Shown here piece by piece: positions 55,942 through 57,092 of a stretch of 57,092 nt of DNA. Within the stretch, counting starts at the first letter, position 1. Each line of letters opens with the position of its first letter. The stretch is from Dehalococcoidales bacterium (GTDB taxonomy: Bacteria > Chloroflexota > Dehalococcoidia > Dehalococcoidales > CSSed11-197): contig JAQUNW010000005.1 of NCBI GenBank assembly GCA_028717385.1, forward strand, positions 1-57,092. Direction: 5' to 3'. The position numbers and the translations under genes are program-made. The notes under the pieces are model-generated. The model worked only from the letters and a program-made list of their open reading frames with translations, searched no databases and was not told the DNA's origin.

Positions 55942-56634
55942 TTAGTCGCCGCCAAAGCGTCTCTCCCTGGATTTGAAAGCTGAAAGAGCTGCAGCCATTT
56001 CTTCCTGATTGAAATCTGGCCATAGTACAGGGGTGAAAAAGAGTTCGCTATAGGCAAGCTGCCACATAAGAAAATTGCTGAGGCGTAACTCTCCGCCAGT
56101 TCTTACCAGCAGGTCAACATCCGGCATTCCAGCGGTATAGAGATAATTACTGAATAAAGGTTCATCAATGTTTTCCGCGGGTACTTCATCGGCAACAAGC
56201 TTTTTTATGGCATCAACAATCTCGGTTCGTCCACCATAATCGAAAGCCAGGTTGACAGTGATACCAGTGTTGGTACGGGTTTTTTCTAGCGCTCGATCAA
56301 TTGCCTTGGCTAGTTTTGGAGAAAGCCTGTTCATTCTACCGATATGCTTAATCCTGAAGCCCATTTTATCTAGCTTGTTACTTTCTCTGGTTACGTATTG
56401 TTCGAGCATCTGCATTAACTCTTTGACTTCGTCTGCTGGTCGACTCCAGTTTTCAGTAGAAAAGCTGTAAAGAGTAACGTACGAAATGCCCTTGGAGTCA
56501 AGATATCTAATGATATTCAGAGCGGTATTTGCTCCAGCGCGATGGCCTTCTACGCGGGAAAGGCCACGTCTTTCTGCCCAGCGCCGGTTACCATCCATTA
56601 TAATGGCAACATGTTTGGGTATATATTGTTCCAT
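55942..56634 (-). CDS. uppS: isoprenyl transferase (undecaprenyl-diphosphate synthase family)
   Basis: Contains HVAIIMDGNRRWA, FSTENWSRP, and RTGGELRLSNFLMWQLAYSE. Confidence 0.95.
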   Translation of the reverse strand: MEQYIPKHVAIIMDGNRRWAERRGLSRVEGHRAGANTALNIIRYLDSKGISYVTLYSFSTENWSRPADEVKELMQMLEQYVTRESNKLDKMGFRIKHIGRMNRLSPKLAKAIDRALEKTRTNTGITVNLAFDYGGRTEIVDAIKKLVADEVPAENIDEPLFSNYLYTAGMPDVDLLVRTGGELRLSNFLMWQLAYSELFFTPVLWPDFNQEEMAAALSAFKSRERRFGGD

Positions 56635-56689
56635 TGGAGGCTATTTTACACTATTTTGAGGTGACAAGGGTAGCTGTATTCATTGTATT

Positions 56690-56870
56690 GCTCTGGAAAC
56701 ACTGCTAATGTGGGCAAGAAGACTATCCGGGGAAGATCTGTGTATGTTACAACGGGCACTATTAAGGGAAAGATTCTTCGTCGGGGTTTTACCCCTCCTC
56801 TAGAACGACACAAGATATGAAACGTGCTCATCAAGGATTACACAGCAGATGGCGGATGGCACAGCAGATG
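56690..56870 (-). repeat. dispersed intergenic repeat, copy D (inverted orientation; composite with duplicated modules)
   Basis: The minus strand reads CTGCTGTGCC...CTGCTGTGTAATCCTTGATGAGCAC...CTTGTGTCGTTCTAGAGGA-[GGGGT-AAA-ACCCC]-GACGAAGAATCTTTCCCTTAATAGTGCCCGTTGTAACATACACAGATCTTCCCCGGATAGTCTTCTTGCCCACATTAGCAGTGTTTCC. Confidence 0.85.
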
Positions 56871-56900
56871 GGGATGAAACAGGTAATCTCAAGGATCCGG

Positions 56901-57092
56901 CTATACTTCCCTGAGCTCGGCTTCCTTTTTCTCCCTTTCCTGTTCAACCATGGCGGTAACACCATCAGTGAGTTGTTGAAGCTTGGATAACGTCATGCGA
57001 CACTCGTCTTGGGAGATTTCCTTATCCTTTTCCATCTGTTTCAGTTTATCGGCAACATCACGCCGCACGTTTCTGATGGCGATTTTTGTATC
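56901..57092 (-). CDS. frr: ribosome recycling factor, C-terminal 63 codons (window-truncated)
   Basis: My translation reads DTKIAIRNVRRDVADKLKQMEKDKEISQDE...LTDGVTAMVEQEREKKEAELREV-stop (TAG 56903..56901). It occupies the position expected upstream of uppS. Confidence 0.9.
   Translation of the reverse strand, partial: DTKIAIRNVRRDVADKLKQMEKDKEISQDECRMTLSKLQQLTDGVTAMVEQEREKKEAELREV

Noticed and set aside
1-57092. Scan for CRISPR arrays, rRNA genes, transposases/integrases, and toxin-antitoxin or defence-system genes
   Set aside because: I saw no regularly spaced direct repeats, rRNA signatures, or DDE/tyrosine/serine recombinase motifs. The only repeat family is the dispersed intergenic element reported above.

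Overview
This 57 kb chromosomal window has no rRNA, CRISPR array, transposase or integrase that I can see. Taxonomy is inference only: the gene content suggests an anaerobic Chloroflexota/Dehalococcoidia-like or similar lineage. The supporting features are T-box control, a division cluster reduced to mraZ-rsmH-ftsA-ftsZ, many Fe-S proteins and Sec usage.

The right half (about 31-57 kb) is housekeeping: secDF, cca, priA, rplS, trmD, mraZ-rsmH-ftsA-ftsZ, a COG1579 protein, RNase H, rnpB, an S41 peptidase, pheST, proS and ispG-rseP-dxr-cdsA-uppS-frr.

The left half is redox and accessory content:
- a truncated tRNA followed by a decayed P-type ATPase fragment;
- a tightly coupled nine-gene minus-strand operon (2602-11111). 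It combines a split YeeE/YedE transporter, an HgdB-like Fe-S protein, a NapH-like polyferredoxin, a DUF3343-like protein, a YjeF_C-like kinase, an orphan protein and a B12-radical SAM enzyme;
- directly upstream of that operon, a Tat/lipoprotein-targeted three-subunit molybdenum hydroxylase;
- an MBOAT-DHHW-lipoprotein module;
- a NifX-like/MinD-ferredoxin/Mrp metallocluster module;
- a Fur/PerR-like regulator next to a peroxiredoxin;
- two tRNAs;
- a Trp-type T-box riboswitch controlling an ABC importer.

Main hunt results:
1. The peroxiredoxin is split in the ORF track by a TGA exactly at the peroxidatic Cys position (FTFV-U-PTE). It is therefore a selenoprotein.
2. The DUF3343-like gene in the nine-gene operon also runs through an in-frame TGA (GGG-U-PD). 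It continues for 51 codons to a stop that overlaps the next gene's ATG, making it a candidate new selenoprotein inside a selenium/sulfur-trafficking-like operon that I cannot match to any described pathway.
3. A modular 90-180 nt repeat family sits at five intergenic loci. It has conserved sequence blocks around a hairpin whose stem sequence differs at each copy but stays complementary.
4. The 2Fe-2S subunit of the Mo hydroxylase carries two tandem C2H2-zinc-finger-like (C-D-H-H) repeats behind a Tat signal and lipobox.

All family assignments are motif recognition by eye. No searches were run.
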